Counted from the first letter of the stretch, positions 30,501-39,697 are shown. The stretch: DNA of 64,000 nucleotides from Giardia intestinalis (GCA_000002435.2 CM018793.1); one strand, 5' to 3'. The notes: a model not told the origin generated them from the sequence alone. Program-made: numbers and translations.

Positions 30501-33269
30501 GTGAGTTCCTATGACGTAAAGAACGCGTCCCTTGCTGTCGACGGCGAGGGACAGAATCCGCCGCCCGAGGGCGTCGAGCAGAGACTGGGGGGCGTCGGGG
30601 GCGCTGGGGATCTGGCTGAGGATCTGCGGTGGCTTGTGGAGCGTCCTATATCGGGCTTCGTCGTCTGGAGTGGAAAAGTGGAGATCGGCCTCCGTCACCT
30701 CGCTCTGGCCCTCTGCGTAGAATTTCGAGAGGTCGCACGTCTCGATGCTTGCATACTCCGAACCCAGTACGGCATCCTGTGCGTCATCGCCACCGCTGCC
30801 TGTGCCGTCTCGGCCCTCCAGAAGCGTCTTGGAGATCCTTGCAATGTCGTAGATCCTGGACGGCCGGCCGGTAAGAAGCGAGAAGATCGTCACTTCCCCA
30901 GGGCCTGTGACGGCGCCAAGCTCGTTCATGCGCTGGTTGACGACAACGCCGGCGCACTCCTTGCTGATAGACCCCAGGGGAAGATGCTCGGGCGCGTGCT
31001 TGATCAGCTCCTTCGGCCTGCGCTTGCCCAGTGCCCGCTGCTCCTCCTCGCGCTTCGCGTCCTCAAAGTCCCAGACCACCTGCTCCTTGGCCAGCTCCTC
31101 GTTGGCAACCACCTTGAGGACGAACAGCCGGCGCCCGAAGGGGATGTAGCCGAAGTCGTGCTTGCGGCTATAGACCCCGGTGCCGACCTTGACTCCGTGC
31201 AGGTTGATGGCGATGTCGATCCGCGTGATGTGCGCACCCGTCAGTGCATGGATGAGGGTCACCACGTTGTCGTGGTCAATAACGCCAACAACGTTCCCGA
31301 AAGCGAACGACGCCAGAATAGGCTTGCCCGGCCTGGGCGGCTGGACAAGGGTGATCAGGTGCGCGGACTTCACGAGGTTGGCCTTCACGAGCCTCTTGTC
31401 AGAAACCTGCACGGCCTCGCGCCTCCTCTTCCCGCGCCTATCGTCCTCGCCGTCCACCCGGGCGGGGTCGTCCTCGAGCTCCTCCTTTGTCACGGCCATC
31501 CCCAAGTGGCAGGAGCGGACCGCCTCCGGGCCAATCTGGTAGACGTTGCTGAAGCCAATGGTTGTGATGTGATCGCTGACGACGTAGCACCGCATGATCC
31601 CCTCCGGGTGCAAGTCCGAGAACGTGCAGACGACCCCCAGGTCCTCGTCCAGAATGACGAGCGCGGCATCGGAGCCCACGACGGCTAGCCGGAACAGGCC
31701 GTCTGCCATGGCCTCCTCCCACTGGCCGCGCCCGGCGTCCATGCACCTGACGCTCCCCGCGACCACATACTTGGTGGTGACAAACTCGGCCCGGATCGTC
31801 AGATGCACGCCCCCGTGGCGCTTCTCGTGCGTTGCCGCGGCGACGGGGTCTGGGGCCACGGTCGCCTTGACAAAGGCCAGGGGGTCGTCGGCGATGAGCT
31901 GCGTCTCCTTGATTCCGTGGCTGAGAAGTGTGCTCTGCCCGGCGTCAAAGATCTGCGATGTGATGAGGCTCACGACCTCAAGGTCTTCGGAGGCCATGGC
32001 GATGAGCTGCTTGGACTTCCCTCGGAGCCGCTCCTTCTCCTGGGAGGACCTCTGCAGCGCCTCCGCGGTGCTCTTGGAGACGTCTATCAACGACGACCGG
32101 AGCTCCGGGTACACCTTCAAGAGCTCCTCCCGCGTCAGCGAGTCGAAGGAGCGGCCCTTTCCGAGGATCTGCATGGCAGCATCTACGGTGGTGCTGGCCA
32201 GAGAGGGCTGCCTGGAGTTCCCCGTGTTGCTGGGGTCTTCTGAAAGGTTTATCCCGCCAGCAAACTGTGGGGCGTCTGGGTCCCTTTCGTAGGCCAGCGC
32301 GTAAATGCTAACATTGCCAGATGCGTGGCCTATGTAGAGCCGGGACCGTGCTTCGTGCCAGAACAGACACGTCCCAGGGGACTGGAGCCGGAAGGGATCG
32401 GAGATGGCCATGTTTCCGGTGAGCGAAAAGACGATGAAGAGGGGCTCTCGCGTGCAAAGGACGATAAGCGGGAGAGGGGACATCCTGACAGAACACGTTA
32501 TGGTGCTGGAGCTCGTTATCCGCTTGTTCTGCATGTCCTGGAGAATTGCTCGGCGGCTCGTGGGGGCGGCATCAGGCACGGCAGACAGGAGCGACTGCTC
32601 TCTGACTGCATTTGCGTCTATGCCCATGGACTCGAGCCGCTTGTAGGCCTTCGCTTCAAGTCTTTCCTGCGCCCGCTGGTCCAACTGCACTTTGAAGAGC
32701 TCCTCCGGGTTCCCCGCCAAGACAGAGGCCTTGGGCTCGAAGATGAGGCGCGGATACATAAACTGGGAATCCGCCATGTAAACACCAAGGTCTGTGACAA
32801 GATAGTAGGCGTCCCCTATGATATACATGTTGAGGATGATGGACCCCTTCACGTCTGTGAGCTCGGCGTTATTTGGTATAGCCGACTCCACGGAGACTAA
32901 AGACGTCTTCCCAGAAACACCTGTCGCTGTTCGCATCAGTGACTGGAAAATGCTCTTATCTGTGAAGTCCTTATGCTGTTCGACATCCAAGTGGGCGCTC
33001 GAGACCTCGGAATAAAACCCGATAAAGTCGTACCACGTAACGAAACCGTCAAGATCCGTGTCTAGCTCCTCGAAAAGATCTATCAGCGCCTTGGAGATCC
33101 CTTCGAGCGAGACCTGATTGCCTGTGTAGGAGCGCGGCACAAAAGTCTGAATGGTTCTGGAGAGAAAGTCGAGCGTCACCTTGCGCCCATAGAAGAGCTT
33201 GCGAATGGTCTCCAGGTCTGCGGGATCGATTAGCTTGACGAGGTCAAGGGCCGTCTCGACAAGTGCCAT
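27549..33269 (-). CDS. Giant 1906-aa protein with an N-terminal EF-hand-like loop and WD40/beta-propeller-like segments; function unknown (possibly axonemal or Ca-regulated)
   Basis: The long intron-free ORF has an ATG start. The EF-hand loop is DTDLDGFVTWYDF near the N-terminus. WD-like strands include LLAIGTSDGRILVHD, LLFSASASGICYIHAV and IGHASGNVSIYAL. The antisense ORF 30045..31688 is a shadow. Confidence 0.75.
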   Translation of the reverse strand: MALVETALDLVKLIDPADLETIRKLFYGRKVTLDFLSRTIQTFVPRSYTGNQVSLEGISKALIDLFEELDTDLDGFVTWYDFIGFYSEVSSAHLDVEQHKDFTDKSIFQSLMRTATGVSGKTSLVSVESAIPNNAELTDVKGSIILNMYIIGDAYYLVTDLGVYMADSQFMYPRLIFEPKASVLAGNPEELFKVQLDQRAQERLEAKAYKRLESMGIDANAVREQSLLSAVPDAAPTSRRAILQDMQNKRITSSSTITCSVRMSPLPLIVLCTREPLFIVFSLTGNMAISDPFRLQSPGTCLFWHEARSRLYIGHASGNVSIYALAYERDPDAPQFAGGINLSEDPSNTGNSRQPSLASTTVDAAMQILGKGRSFDSLTREELLKVYPELRSSLIDVSKSTAEALQRSSQEKERLRGKSKQLIAMASEDLEVVSLITSQIFDAGQSTLLSHGIKETQLIADDPLAFVKATVAPDPVAAATHEKRHGGVHLTIRAEFVTTKYVVAGSVRCMDAGRGQWEEAMADGLFRLAVVGSDAALVILDEDLGVVCTFSDLHPEGIMRCYVVSDHITTIGFSNVYQIGPEAVRSCHLGMAVTKEELEDDPARVDGEDDRRGKRRREAVQVSDKRLVKANLVKSAHLITLVQPPRPGKPILASFAFGNVVGVIDHDNVVTLIHALTGAHITRIDIAINLHGVKVGTGVYSRKHDFGYIPFGRRLFVLKVVANEELAKEQVVWDFEDAKREEEQRALGKRRPKELIKHAPEHLPLGSISKECAGVVVNQRMNELGAVTGPGEVTIFSLLTGRPSRIYDIARISKTLLEGRDGTGSGGDDAQDAVLGSEYASIETCDLSKFYAEGQSEVTEADLHFSTPDDEARYRTLHKPPQILSQIPSAPDAPQSLLDALGRRILSLAVDSKGRVLYVIGTHGAVTLYWKTGSLFDISNVGITGRRTCEDDIDIVDNPFDGQRLGDAQREPSAGADSHMSSGASSYSLGLNLSQIIVKANNAAFVRQLLSDKSIMRAQILATDRARGLLFLCDNLNPQIVRAIDMKPSHEYVNKIGLSRQLTTFDIFFAGGADHFARARQQLTAFFSSKPVFVGADDLSSKPEVVRRFCPEFLWARDVSSAGQPNQAPSPIQKLLCDVLYTGHAKKARSDSYVTCIDASEELSLLAIGTSDGRILVHDTMSVKLLQQGVIQPPTIPSVGSPITALCFLGQWPLLFSASASGICYIHAVRPLYPNFSLVCAFYHGSYHPLGYPLNADFQAGWVQTAGFLKHALLPLSDFNSDVQLYGSRYEDVVRYLIENFSPDLLHTKYCPERKGPVPGDEALRSIDGEFRANRLLSTKTAYGARVGDLQASTATPSMDASMTTDREGEAASGTVQPPSMFERHTVSNRYAYITVQESTAATEEGQSLCHLQQETVGVQDDLEERSERAHTRMPGPSYQEIVSATMALLRRYVPISQNFRGLQARRRRTLMKIRAAAQVIMLVSFYFTRFLAAPRRVYVDFLPVPLGTSQPRQAASRRKVPQGAVKLSDKSSKVIEDFSKSRFKTSGVDVESPAAAQYADAHASLYGTMMGSAVTRPGMEDVEAEENGILYQYVFRDRTKVRVPVRKESVLALSARTMPTAVCFVDGAHSILVGDDAGFVTLYKIQNLIAALGITRSLDTQQLPKGLLHTPSSGKTSPIVPSSYLRVRYVHRAHAAPISLLSPAASNSQAYISIGGDKRVALWGLDGAQLLGIVQRVNLDPPPKGWDSLFGVPLTARSGQKSSESGLADTARLSIEDLEEVPSQVFQDPPPPMRLEAPPACAYPWTYAPESSAGDRVDTVILQSMQQTGTLGNSVEEADLLGVTRQLLASRRPVIAPTSQGDPGTLLKATGLTGRLLERKGDSWTVRAMKLRAAQQPLGRSAGPQ

Positions 33270-33643
33270 CGATTATGCACCCGGCTTTGCAAAGGGTTCC
33301 GATTTTGGAATAATTGCACATTTTTCTTCATTGAGCACTGAACCCAGGTCTCAAACGCGGCTTGGTGGGTAGATTGCCGCGCAGACTCGGATACCTGGCA
33401 GGGCTGTGACGTGCGTCTACTGCTAAACCGAGGCTACCATCGTAGTCCTCGATTTTCTTTGTGCAAAACTTTATGAATCATCCGAGCCCTAAATCTACAA
33501 AATAAATTATACGATTGTAAACGTCGGCCCCGCACTGAATGTGAGCTATTTCGCTATTTGTACTACTTTGGATGAATTTTAGAAAATACCTTTTTTCGAC
33601 GTTTACTAACTGTCTTGGCTTTTTATGACCTGGAAAAAATAAT
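33270..33643. promoter_or_regulatory. Divergent A/T-rich promoter region between the giant WD gene and the PQ-loop gene
   Basis: This 374-bp A/T-rich spacer lies between two divergently oriented ATG starts. AAAAAATAATATG sits immediately upstream of the plus-strand ATG (33644), which is a Giardia-style initiator. Confidence 0.5.
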
Positions 33644-34600
33644 ATGCCCTGCTACTGTGAAGATAATGGGGGGATGCCCCCTGACTACATTATTGCGGCT
33701 GCGTTTGGAGAGTGCAAGTATGGGAAGGGTGAAATAACTTCTGTGGTCTTCGGTTGGTTTTCAATCATATGCTGGATTATAGCGACGTATCCACAGATGC
33801 GTATGTCTTTTCTTCTTAAACGGTGTGAGGCTATATCGATTGCTTTCCTGATTCTCTGGTTCATCGGAGATCTTCTAAACCTCATCTCCCTTATCGTTAT
33901 AGACGGACTGCTTACGCAGATCGTTCTCGGAGCCCTTTGGCTTGCCATGGATTTCATCCTGAACGGACAGTACTTTTATTACCAGCACAAGAACAAGGGG
34001 AAGGATCTTCCGGACCAGGACGTCAAGGCGATCACGCGCTACCGCGTCCCAGAGATAGTTATCTACACGGTTCTTTCTGCGGCTGTAGTCACAAGCTTTC
34101 TGTGCTATGCAATCCCTGCTGGTAACTATGTGCGAGTAGCAAGGACGCTGAGCAACCACGACGGCCTTGGAAACTGCAGTGCCGGCTCATCTGTCAAGGC
34201 GTATGACGTTCGCTGGTGGGTAGGATCGGTGATGGCGTACTGTACCATCCCCTTGTATTGCTTCAATCGCGTCCTTCAGGTGATCAAGAATTGCAAGAAG
34301 AAGGAAGTGGACGATCTCAGCATGGGGCTCTTCATCCTGATTATGTGTGCAAATATCTTCCAGTCTATCTCGATCGTAGTTGCAGACCCAACAGCTTCGG
34401 GGTTAAAGTCGCAGGCCCCGTATCTCTTTGGGGCCGTCTTCCCAGTCGTGATGGACGCCCTGATCCTCAGTCAGATCCTTTACTACAATAAAAAGAATAG
34501 CAAGCAGAAGAACGGGGGAAAGCCTGATGCTACTGATCCCCCTAGCTCAGTAGAGATGTCTCCGGCCACCGGTACTCTTTCAATTCCTACCATTCAATAG
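33644..34600 (+). CDS. PQ-loop repeat membrane protein (cystinosin/lysosomal amino-acid transporter family)
   Basis: The 318-aa ORF has about 7 hydrophobic helices. The first PQ-loop signature reads WFSIICWIIATYPQM...FLILWFIGDLLNLI. A second half-repeat is DDLSMGLFILIMCANIFQSISIV. The start is ATG and the gene ends in TGTAAAC. Confidence 0.65.
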   Translation: MPCYCEDNGGMPPDYIIAAAFGECKYGKGEITSVVFGWFSIICWIIATYPQMRMSFLLKRCEAISIAFLILWFIGDLLNLISLIVIDGLLTQIVLGALWLAMDFILNGQYFYYQHKNKGKDLPDQDVKAITRYRVPEIVIYTVLSAAVVTSFLCYAIPAGNYVRVARTLSNHDGLGNCSAGSSVKAYDVRWWVGSVMAYCTIPLYCFNRVLQVIKNCKKKEVDDLSMGLFILIMCANIFQSISIVVADPTASGLKSQAPYLFGAVFPVVMDALILSQILYYNKKNSKQKNGGKPDATDPPSSVEMSPATGTLSIPTIQ

Positions 34601-34618
34601 AGCGCGTGTAAACAGTGT

Positions 34619-36364
34619 TTACTGTTCATCCTCGTTGGGCAGCGCAGGGGGTCGGAGATCCACGCCCATGGCCACCTTTGCCTTTTCCAGCTCGATGGTG
34701 TGCCGCAGCTCGTCGCGTCTGCGTTCGAGCTCTTGTCTGCGCCTCGCGATCTCCTCGTTCTCCTTGACCATTCGATCGTAGATGCGGGCCTTCGTTGCAT
34801 TGAGCATCGCCCGGCGCATCCGGGTCTCCTCGGAAAGCCTCTCTGCGTCCAGCGTCCGGGTGTCCTTGCGATAGAAGTCATCTGGGTTGATTTCTGAAGA
34901 CTCTGACTCGCTGGCCTCCTGCTCGTCGCAACCGAGGTTGAGCTCCTCTCTGAGGCTCGTTGCATGGGCCTTCGCTAGTTGCGTTGCCAGGCTGTCGACT
35001 GAGGACACCTTGGCGGCAGCCTCGTCCTTCGCCTCCAAAAGCCCGTGCTCCTGCAGTCCCTTCACCGCAGCGACAGAAAGAGTCGTGATATCGACCATAT
35101 TGTTTTTCTCGCGCACAAGCTGGTCGAGCTCCTTGACCCTGTCCGGCACGTATCCGTCTGCGTCAGCGGAGTCGTCATAAAAGGGAGAGACGTGGGGAGG
35201 CAGCACGGCCCCGGGCGCATACTCAGCGTGCGGAAGCGTGGTCCCCCAGTTGAGCGAGTCAAAGCACCACTGCGGTTGGAGGTACGCACAGCCATCTATT
35301 CGCGCGCCCACGACACCCTCTATGTTATGCGGCGGCCGATCTACTATAATATGCGTGGCCCCGTGAGGGGGACTTGAGTAAGTGAATACGTCTGCCCCGC
35401 CACTAAGAAGCACTAGTTCGAGGGGCTCGCGGGGAACCTCTCGGGAAATGGCGTGCTTCTGCCCAATAAAGGGCTTGACAGATGCCGGATTCAAGTTTCT
35501 AACCCCACCGTTCTTGTCACACGGTTCATCGCAGCCGTTGGGCCCGTAGATAAGAGAAAGGTCGACTTCGCTGGCAGTTGCATGTGCCCGAATATTCCCT
35601 ACGAGTCTGAGAATGTAATCTGCTTCTTCCTGGACAGCAGGGGGGTACTGGTACCCGTTGAGAAGGACGCTGTAGAGACGGTATAGGACGAAGCCAGCAA
35701 AAGTCTGATAGAACTCTACGAAGCTCTTAAGAACCTTGAAATCGACAACGTCTGGGACGTCGAGCTGGAAACGGTGGGGGACGAGCCACGTGACCTTCAC
35801 GCCCTGGACGACCGCTTGGTAGTAGTAACCCTTTGTCGAGACGAAGGCACGGACAAGACACCCTGTGGCTGCGATAAACGCATCCCACTCCCTGCAGAGA
35901 CGCTTGCAGTTGTCGATTATCTTTTGGGGTGCGTGTTCTGAGGACAACCTGGAGAACATGAAGAGGAGGCAAAGGGCGTCGTCGAAGTCGGAAAGAGCGT
36001 CCTTGAAGGTGGGATAGCGTTCCAGCACAACGTGATCCAAACTGATAATCGGCATCTGGGCCTGCAAGAGCTTTGCCTCGAGGACATTTGCTCGGGCCTT
36101 CATCCGCTTGATACGCTTGAGCTGCGCAGCAATCTCGCGAATCTTAGGAATGATGGGATCGTGGAATAAGTGGACGATATCCTTGCGCAGAAAGTATGAC
36201 GTGTCCCCTGCGAACTTCTTCGGAGGCACCTGAGGATAGATGCCCTTTATGATACAGACTCGGCGGAACTCCCCGAGGGTGAGCTGCAGCTTTCGACACG
36301 CCTTGTTGCGCGGCATGAACCGCATCTCCATGCTGTTGGGATCCTTACGCCTAACAAGCGGCAT
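34619..36364 (-). CDS. PES1: Pescadillo (Nop7/PES1) ribosome-biogenesis factor with a BRCT domain
   Basis: The N-terminus reads FMPRNKACRKLQLTLGEFRRVCIIKGIYP...YFLRKDIVHLFHDPII, which is the pescadillo N-domain. The BRCT-domain signature is FIGQKHAISREVPREPLELVLLSGGADV...THIIVDRP...YLQPQWCFDSLNWGTTLPHAEYAPGAVLPPHVSPF. A C-terminal coiled coil and acidic tail follow. The start is ATG behind an A/T-rich upstream element. Confidence 0.9.
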   Translation of the reverse strand: MPLVRRKDPNSMEMRFMPRNKACRKLQLTLGEFRRVCIIKGIYPQVPPKKFAGDTSYFLRKDIVHLFHDPIIPKIREIAAQLKRIKRMKARANVLEAKLLQAQMPIISLDHVVLERYPTFKDALSDFDDALCLLFMFSRLSSEHAPQKIIDNCKRLCREWDAFIAATGCLVRAFVSTKGYYYQAVVQGVKVTWLVPHRFQLDVPDVVDFKVLKSFVEFYQTFAGFVLYRLYSVLLNGYQYPPAVQEEADYILRLVGNIRAHATASEVDLSLIYGPNGCDEPCDKNGGVRNLNPASVKPFIGQKHAISREVPREPLELVLLSGGADVFTYSSPPHGATHIIVDRPPHNIEGVVGARIDGCAYLQPQWCFDSLNWGTTLPHAEYAPGAVLPPHVSPFYDDSADADGYVPDRVKELDQLVREKNNMVDITTLSVAAVKGLQEHGLLEAKDEAAAKVSSVDSLATQLAKAHATSLREELNLGCDEQEASESESSEINPDDFYRKDTRTLDAERLSEETRMRRAMLNATKARIYDRMVKENEEIARRRQELERRRDELRHTIELEKAKVAMGVDLRPPALPNEDEQ

Positions 36365-36440
36365 GCCCCTCAGACTGCAATTATTTAACCGAAGCCGAAT
36401 CAGTGCGAGTTCGTTTACATTAAAGATGCTCTAAACGGAT

Positions 36441-38159
36441 TCACACACATCTACCATCGCGACAGGCGCCAGTTCCGTAGCAGACCTTCCCATCATCTGT
36501 CAGGCACTCCGGAGAGACGCAGTCGTTCCCGATCAGGGTTCCGTCCCTGCGGCACTCACAGACGTGTGCGTTGCCCTTCTTGACGCATCTTCCGTAGCCG
36601 CTGCAAACGCGCCGCTTCCCGTCCTCGTATTCGGTGACGCACTCATCAGGCATGCAGCCCCAGCTTAGAACGTAGGTCTCTCCGCTCGGGCAGTCGTAAT
36701 CTCCACAAAAATCGCCGTGGAAACCCTTGTTGCACTTGCACTCGCCGTCCTGGCACACTCCGTTCCCATTGCACTCCTTGAAGGCGACGTCGTCGCTTAT
36801 GCAAGTATCGCTCACGCAGGTGGAAGAGTCCAACTGGGTATACCCGAACTTGCACTGGCAGATGTAAGTCACGTCTGCAGGGTCGCTGGACTCCCTGTAG
36901 GCCGTGCACGTCCCATGGTCGCTGCAGACAACAGACTTTCCATCAGGCCCCGTGGAGATGCAGTTGAGAGAGACGCAGCTGCCGTCCTCCATGGCCAAGG
37001 CGTCCTCGCTGCACTTCTGGCAATACGTTCCGCCGTAGAGTGGATTGCAGACGCAGCGCCTCTTGTCCATGTCGCAAGTGCCCTTGTTGGAGCAGAGCTC
37101 AGGGTAGCCGTAGTCAAACGTCGCGCTGATGCAGGAGTTGGGAATGCACTTATTCTCGAAGGCGGTGTACTCTGCATCACACTTGCAGTACGATTGGTTC
37201 ATGAAGACCGTGCACTCTCCATGAGGGCAAACTTCTCCGCCAACAAGACAAACCGCGGGCGTGCACTCAGCGGTGCCAATAAGCACATAACCAGGATCGC
37301 AGACGCAGGACTCAGTCTTGCACGAGCCGTGCTTGGCGCAAACGTGTCCATCCTGTGCAACGCACGTGTCCTTGACACACTGGCCCTCAGAATAGACGTA
37401 GCCATCCTCGCACTCGAAGACCTTGTACTGACAAACGTCTCCGTCATAGCCGTCATCACAGATGCACTTGCGCGTTTCGTCACAGTATCCGTGGCTAGAA
37501 CAAAAGACGTTCGGATTCTCGGCAGACATGCACGTAGCGGGTATACAGAGAAGGTCGACGTTGACTGTCCCAAAGTCACAAAGGCACGCGCTCTCATCAC
37601 CGAGTGGCGGAAGCCCATAGCAGAGCCCGAAGCCACCGCACTCGACAAGTTTGCCGTCGGAGCGCTCCGACAGACACTCGTTGGGGACGCAGCGGCCTTC
37701 ATACTCGGTTGCAATGTCGGAGCATTTCTCGCAGTGCTCTCCGGTTGCCACCTTGTCGCATCGGCAGTGAGGCTGGTCGTTCTCATCATAGACGCAGTCG
37801 CCGTAGTAGCTGCAGACGCTGTAGTCAACCATGCAGAAGGGGTGTATGCAATCGCTTCCAAGATTAATGTAGCCGTCCATGCAGTCACAGGAGTAGAGCT
37901 CTCCCTTCAGGGTGCAGGATCCGTGACGCCCACAGACATATTGTGTGCGTCTATCTGAGCAACCACTAGGGTAGCACCCAAGCTCCGTCAGCAAATAGTC
38001 ATCCTCGCAGTTGCACGTGCCCTCTCTACACGAGCCATGACCGTTGCAGACGGCGTCCTCAAAGACGCAAGTCTCCGGATAACAGGTTCCGTTTACATCC
38101 ACCTCGCCATCAGGGCAGACTATAGCTAAGGAAAAGCAGAGAAAGGCCGCGGCTATCAT
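36441..38159 (-). CDS. Secreted cysteine-rich protein built from about 11 EGF-like/CXC modules (Giardia high-cysteine or tenascin-like family); no TM anchor and no CRGKA tail
   Basis: The signal peptide is MIAAAFLCFSLAIVC. Modules of the form C-x-C-x2-G-Y-x5-7-C-x3-6-C recur, for example CECRRDGTLIGNDCVSPEC, CKCNKGFHGDFCGDYDC, CVCDPGYVLIGTAECTPAVC and CDCMDGYINLGSDCIHPFC. The protein ends ...CRDGRCV with no hydrophobic anchor. An A/T-rich initiator precedes the ATG. Coordinates are +/-1. Confidence 0.8.
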   Translation of the reverse strand: MIAAAFLCFSLAIVCPDGEVDVNGTCYPETCVFEDAVCNGHGSCREGTCNCEDDYLLTELGCYPSGCSDRRTQYVCGRHGSCTLKGELYSCDCMDGYINLGSDCIHPFCMVDYSVCSYYGDCVYDENDQPHCRCDKVATGEHCEKCSDIATEYEGRCVPNECLSERSDGKLVECGGFGLCYGLPPLGDESACLCDFGTVNVDLLCIPATCMSAENPNVFCSSHGYCDETRKCICDDGYDGDVCQYKVFECEDGYVYSEGQCVKDTCVAQDGHVCAKHGSCKTESCVCDPGYVLIGTAECTPAVCLVGGEVCPHGECTVFMNQSYCKCDAEYTAFENKCIPNSCISATFDYGYPELCSNKGTCDMDKRRCVCNPLYGGTYCQKCSEDALAMEDGSCVSLNCISTGPDGKSVVCSDHGTCTAYRESSDPADVTYICQCKFGYTQLDSSTCVSDTCISDDVAFKECNGNGVCQDGECKCNKGFHGDFCGDYDCPSGETYVLSWGCMPDECVTEYEDGKRRVCSGYGRCVKKGNAHVCECRRDGTLIGNDCVSPECLTDDGKVCYGTGACRDGRCV

Positions 38160-38370
38160 TTTATATTCAAATTGTTAATTTTTTTAGACTGAGTATAGGG
38201 GCAAGCTCTACTCTCCATACAAATTCACCGGTACTGCGTTAGGAGGACTGGTAGCTTGCCTTCTAAGACGTCTTTTCCAACTCGCAATACCTACTTCAAA
38301 GTGACACCCCTTTGAATGCTTAGTTGTAAAGACACAAAGGGATCAAATTTACGCAGAGCCATCAGTGCGC

Positions 38371-39636
38371 TCATATGAAGAAGCTAACTGAAAATTTCCA
38401 GATTCCGTCGTTGGGACTATAGCTGATAAGCTGTGCGTCTCTCTTCTGGGTCTCGTTCTTTATGATGGCTGTGAACTTCTGCACGCTTGGAAGGTCGTAC
38501 ACTCGTTCTCCTCTGTTGACTGGAAATATGTTGTAGAGGGTGATGATGGCCTCCTTGTTGAGCTTCTCGCCGCGGCGGTGTCTGTCCTTATAGGGAAGGG
38601 TATTGGGATACACGGTGGCGCTCTTGTGTCCAATGTCGACAATTCTATCTATATCTACGTCGGTAAGATCTGTCTCTCCAGGCCACAGAATCTCTCCGTT
38701 TGCCTCCGAGATGACCCGGAAATCTTTGATGGCTTGAAGCTCGTCGATTGACATGGCCTGCAGCTCAGAGATCGAAGGGACGGTGTGATAGTCGGTGCGT
38801 GTAAGGACAGGTTTGTGCGCAGAAGCCAAAGGGTAGTGAATTCCAGGGTTCGCTTCGCTTGCGCTCTCGTCCTCTTCCCGATAGCTTGGTATGTTGCATG
38901 CGGGTACTTCATCTTTGCCTATGCGGATAACTGTTGGATTTGCGAAGGGCGCAAACTGGTGCTGCGCTGACTCAGATGACTCTCTGGAGCCCCGCGGAAG
39001 CAAACCGACGGCTGCAGCTCTGGCTGCTGCTGCGCCAAAGGAGGATGTGCCGGACAGACCGAACCTGTTGTGGGCCTGGTCGTCCAAGAGCCGCAGGCTC
39101 TCCTGGGGGATGCCGGGCCTCCTCGTTGCAGCAGAGAGACGCACGGAGGCAGAGGCGGACGAAGTATTGGTTAAGATCTTCGAAAGGCTGGTTTCCAGTG
39201 CGGACGCTTCTGTCGCCACCGATGCCACTGAGGGCTGCGCCGCTTGGGGCTCCGGGGTGTCTGCCACTTGCCGTTTGATCATGTCCCCAATGAGGCTGAC
39301 TAGCTGCTGCGTGTTTGCACCTTGAGGCGGATGCTGAGCCGAAGCAGCGGTGTTAAAGCCCCCAAAGGTCTGCTGCGGCTGGCTAACTCCCTGGCCGAAA
39401 GCTTGCTGGCCGAAGGGTTGTCCAAGCCCGCCACCGAAGGTGTTCGTATTTGACTGTCCGAACGAAAATCCCGACTGCGGCTTCTGCTGGGTATTGCCGA
39501 GTCCAAACCCTGAGCCAAACCCCACTCCGGGCCCAGAATTGCCCTTGAACGTGCTCAAACTGGAGAATTGGCTCCCCTTATTCATGGACAAGTACAGCTT
39601 CTCAAGAAATGACGTCGCATCTTGTGCTATGTTCAT
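38371..39636 (-). CDS. NUP98: FG nucleoporin of the Nup98/Nup100/Nup116 type: an N-terminal FG/GLFG-like repeat block plus a C-terminal domain homologous to the Nup98 autoproteolytic/NPC-targeting domain
   Basis: The FG-repeat block is GFGSGFGLGN...SGFSFGQ...FGGGLGQPFGQQAFGQG...TFGGFN. The C-terminal 150 aa align to the human Nup98 APD. YHTVPSISELQAMS matches YYTIPSMDDLAKIT, VDIDRIVDIGHKSATVY matches LNLDDIVHIRRKEVVVY, GEKLNKEAIITLYNIFP matches GEGLNRKAEVTLDGVWP, and SYSPNDGIWKFSVSFF matches EYRPETGSWVFKVSHF. The start is ATG. Confidence 0.75.
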   Translation of the reverse strand: MNIAQDATSFLEKLYLSMNKGSQFSSLSTFKGNSGPGVGFGSGFGLGNTQQKPQSGFSFGQSNTNTFGGGLGQPFGQQAFGQGVSQPQQTFGGFNTAASAQHPPQGANTQQLVSLIGDMIKRQVADTPEPQAAQPSVASVATEASALETSLSKILTNTSSASASVRLSAATRRPGIPQESLRLLDDQAHNRFGLSGTSSFGAAAARAAAVGLLPRGSRESSESAQHQFAPFANPTVIRIGKDEVPACNIPSYREEDESASEANPGIHYPLASAHKPVLTRTDYHTVPSISELQAMSIDELQAIKDFRVISEANGEILWPGETDLTDVDIDRIVDIGHKSATVYPNTLPYKDRHRRGEKLNKEAIITLYNIFPVNRGERVYDLPSVQKFTAIIKNETQKRDAQLISYSPNDGIWKFSVSFFI

Positions 39637-39697
39637 TCGAGACAGCAGTAGGGCGAATAGTGGGCGTGGTTGGTTTTTTATTCGGCCAATTTACTAG

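Noticed and set aside
30045-31688. 547-aa plus-strand ORF
   Set aside because: It is antisense to the 1906-aa gene and shows no domain signal, so I read it as a shadow ORF.
36717-37958. 413-aa plus-strand ORF
   Set aside because: It is antisense to the Cys-rich gene and is a shadow ORF of a Cys-codon-rich (GCA/ACA-rich) region.
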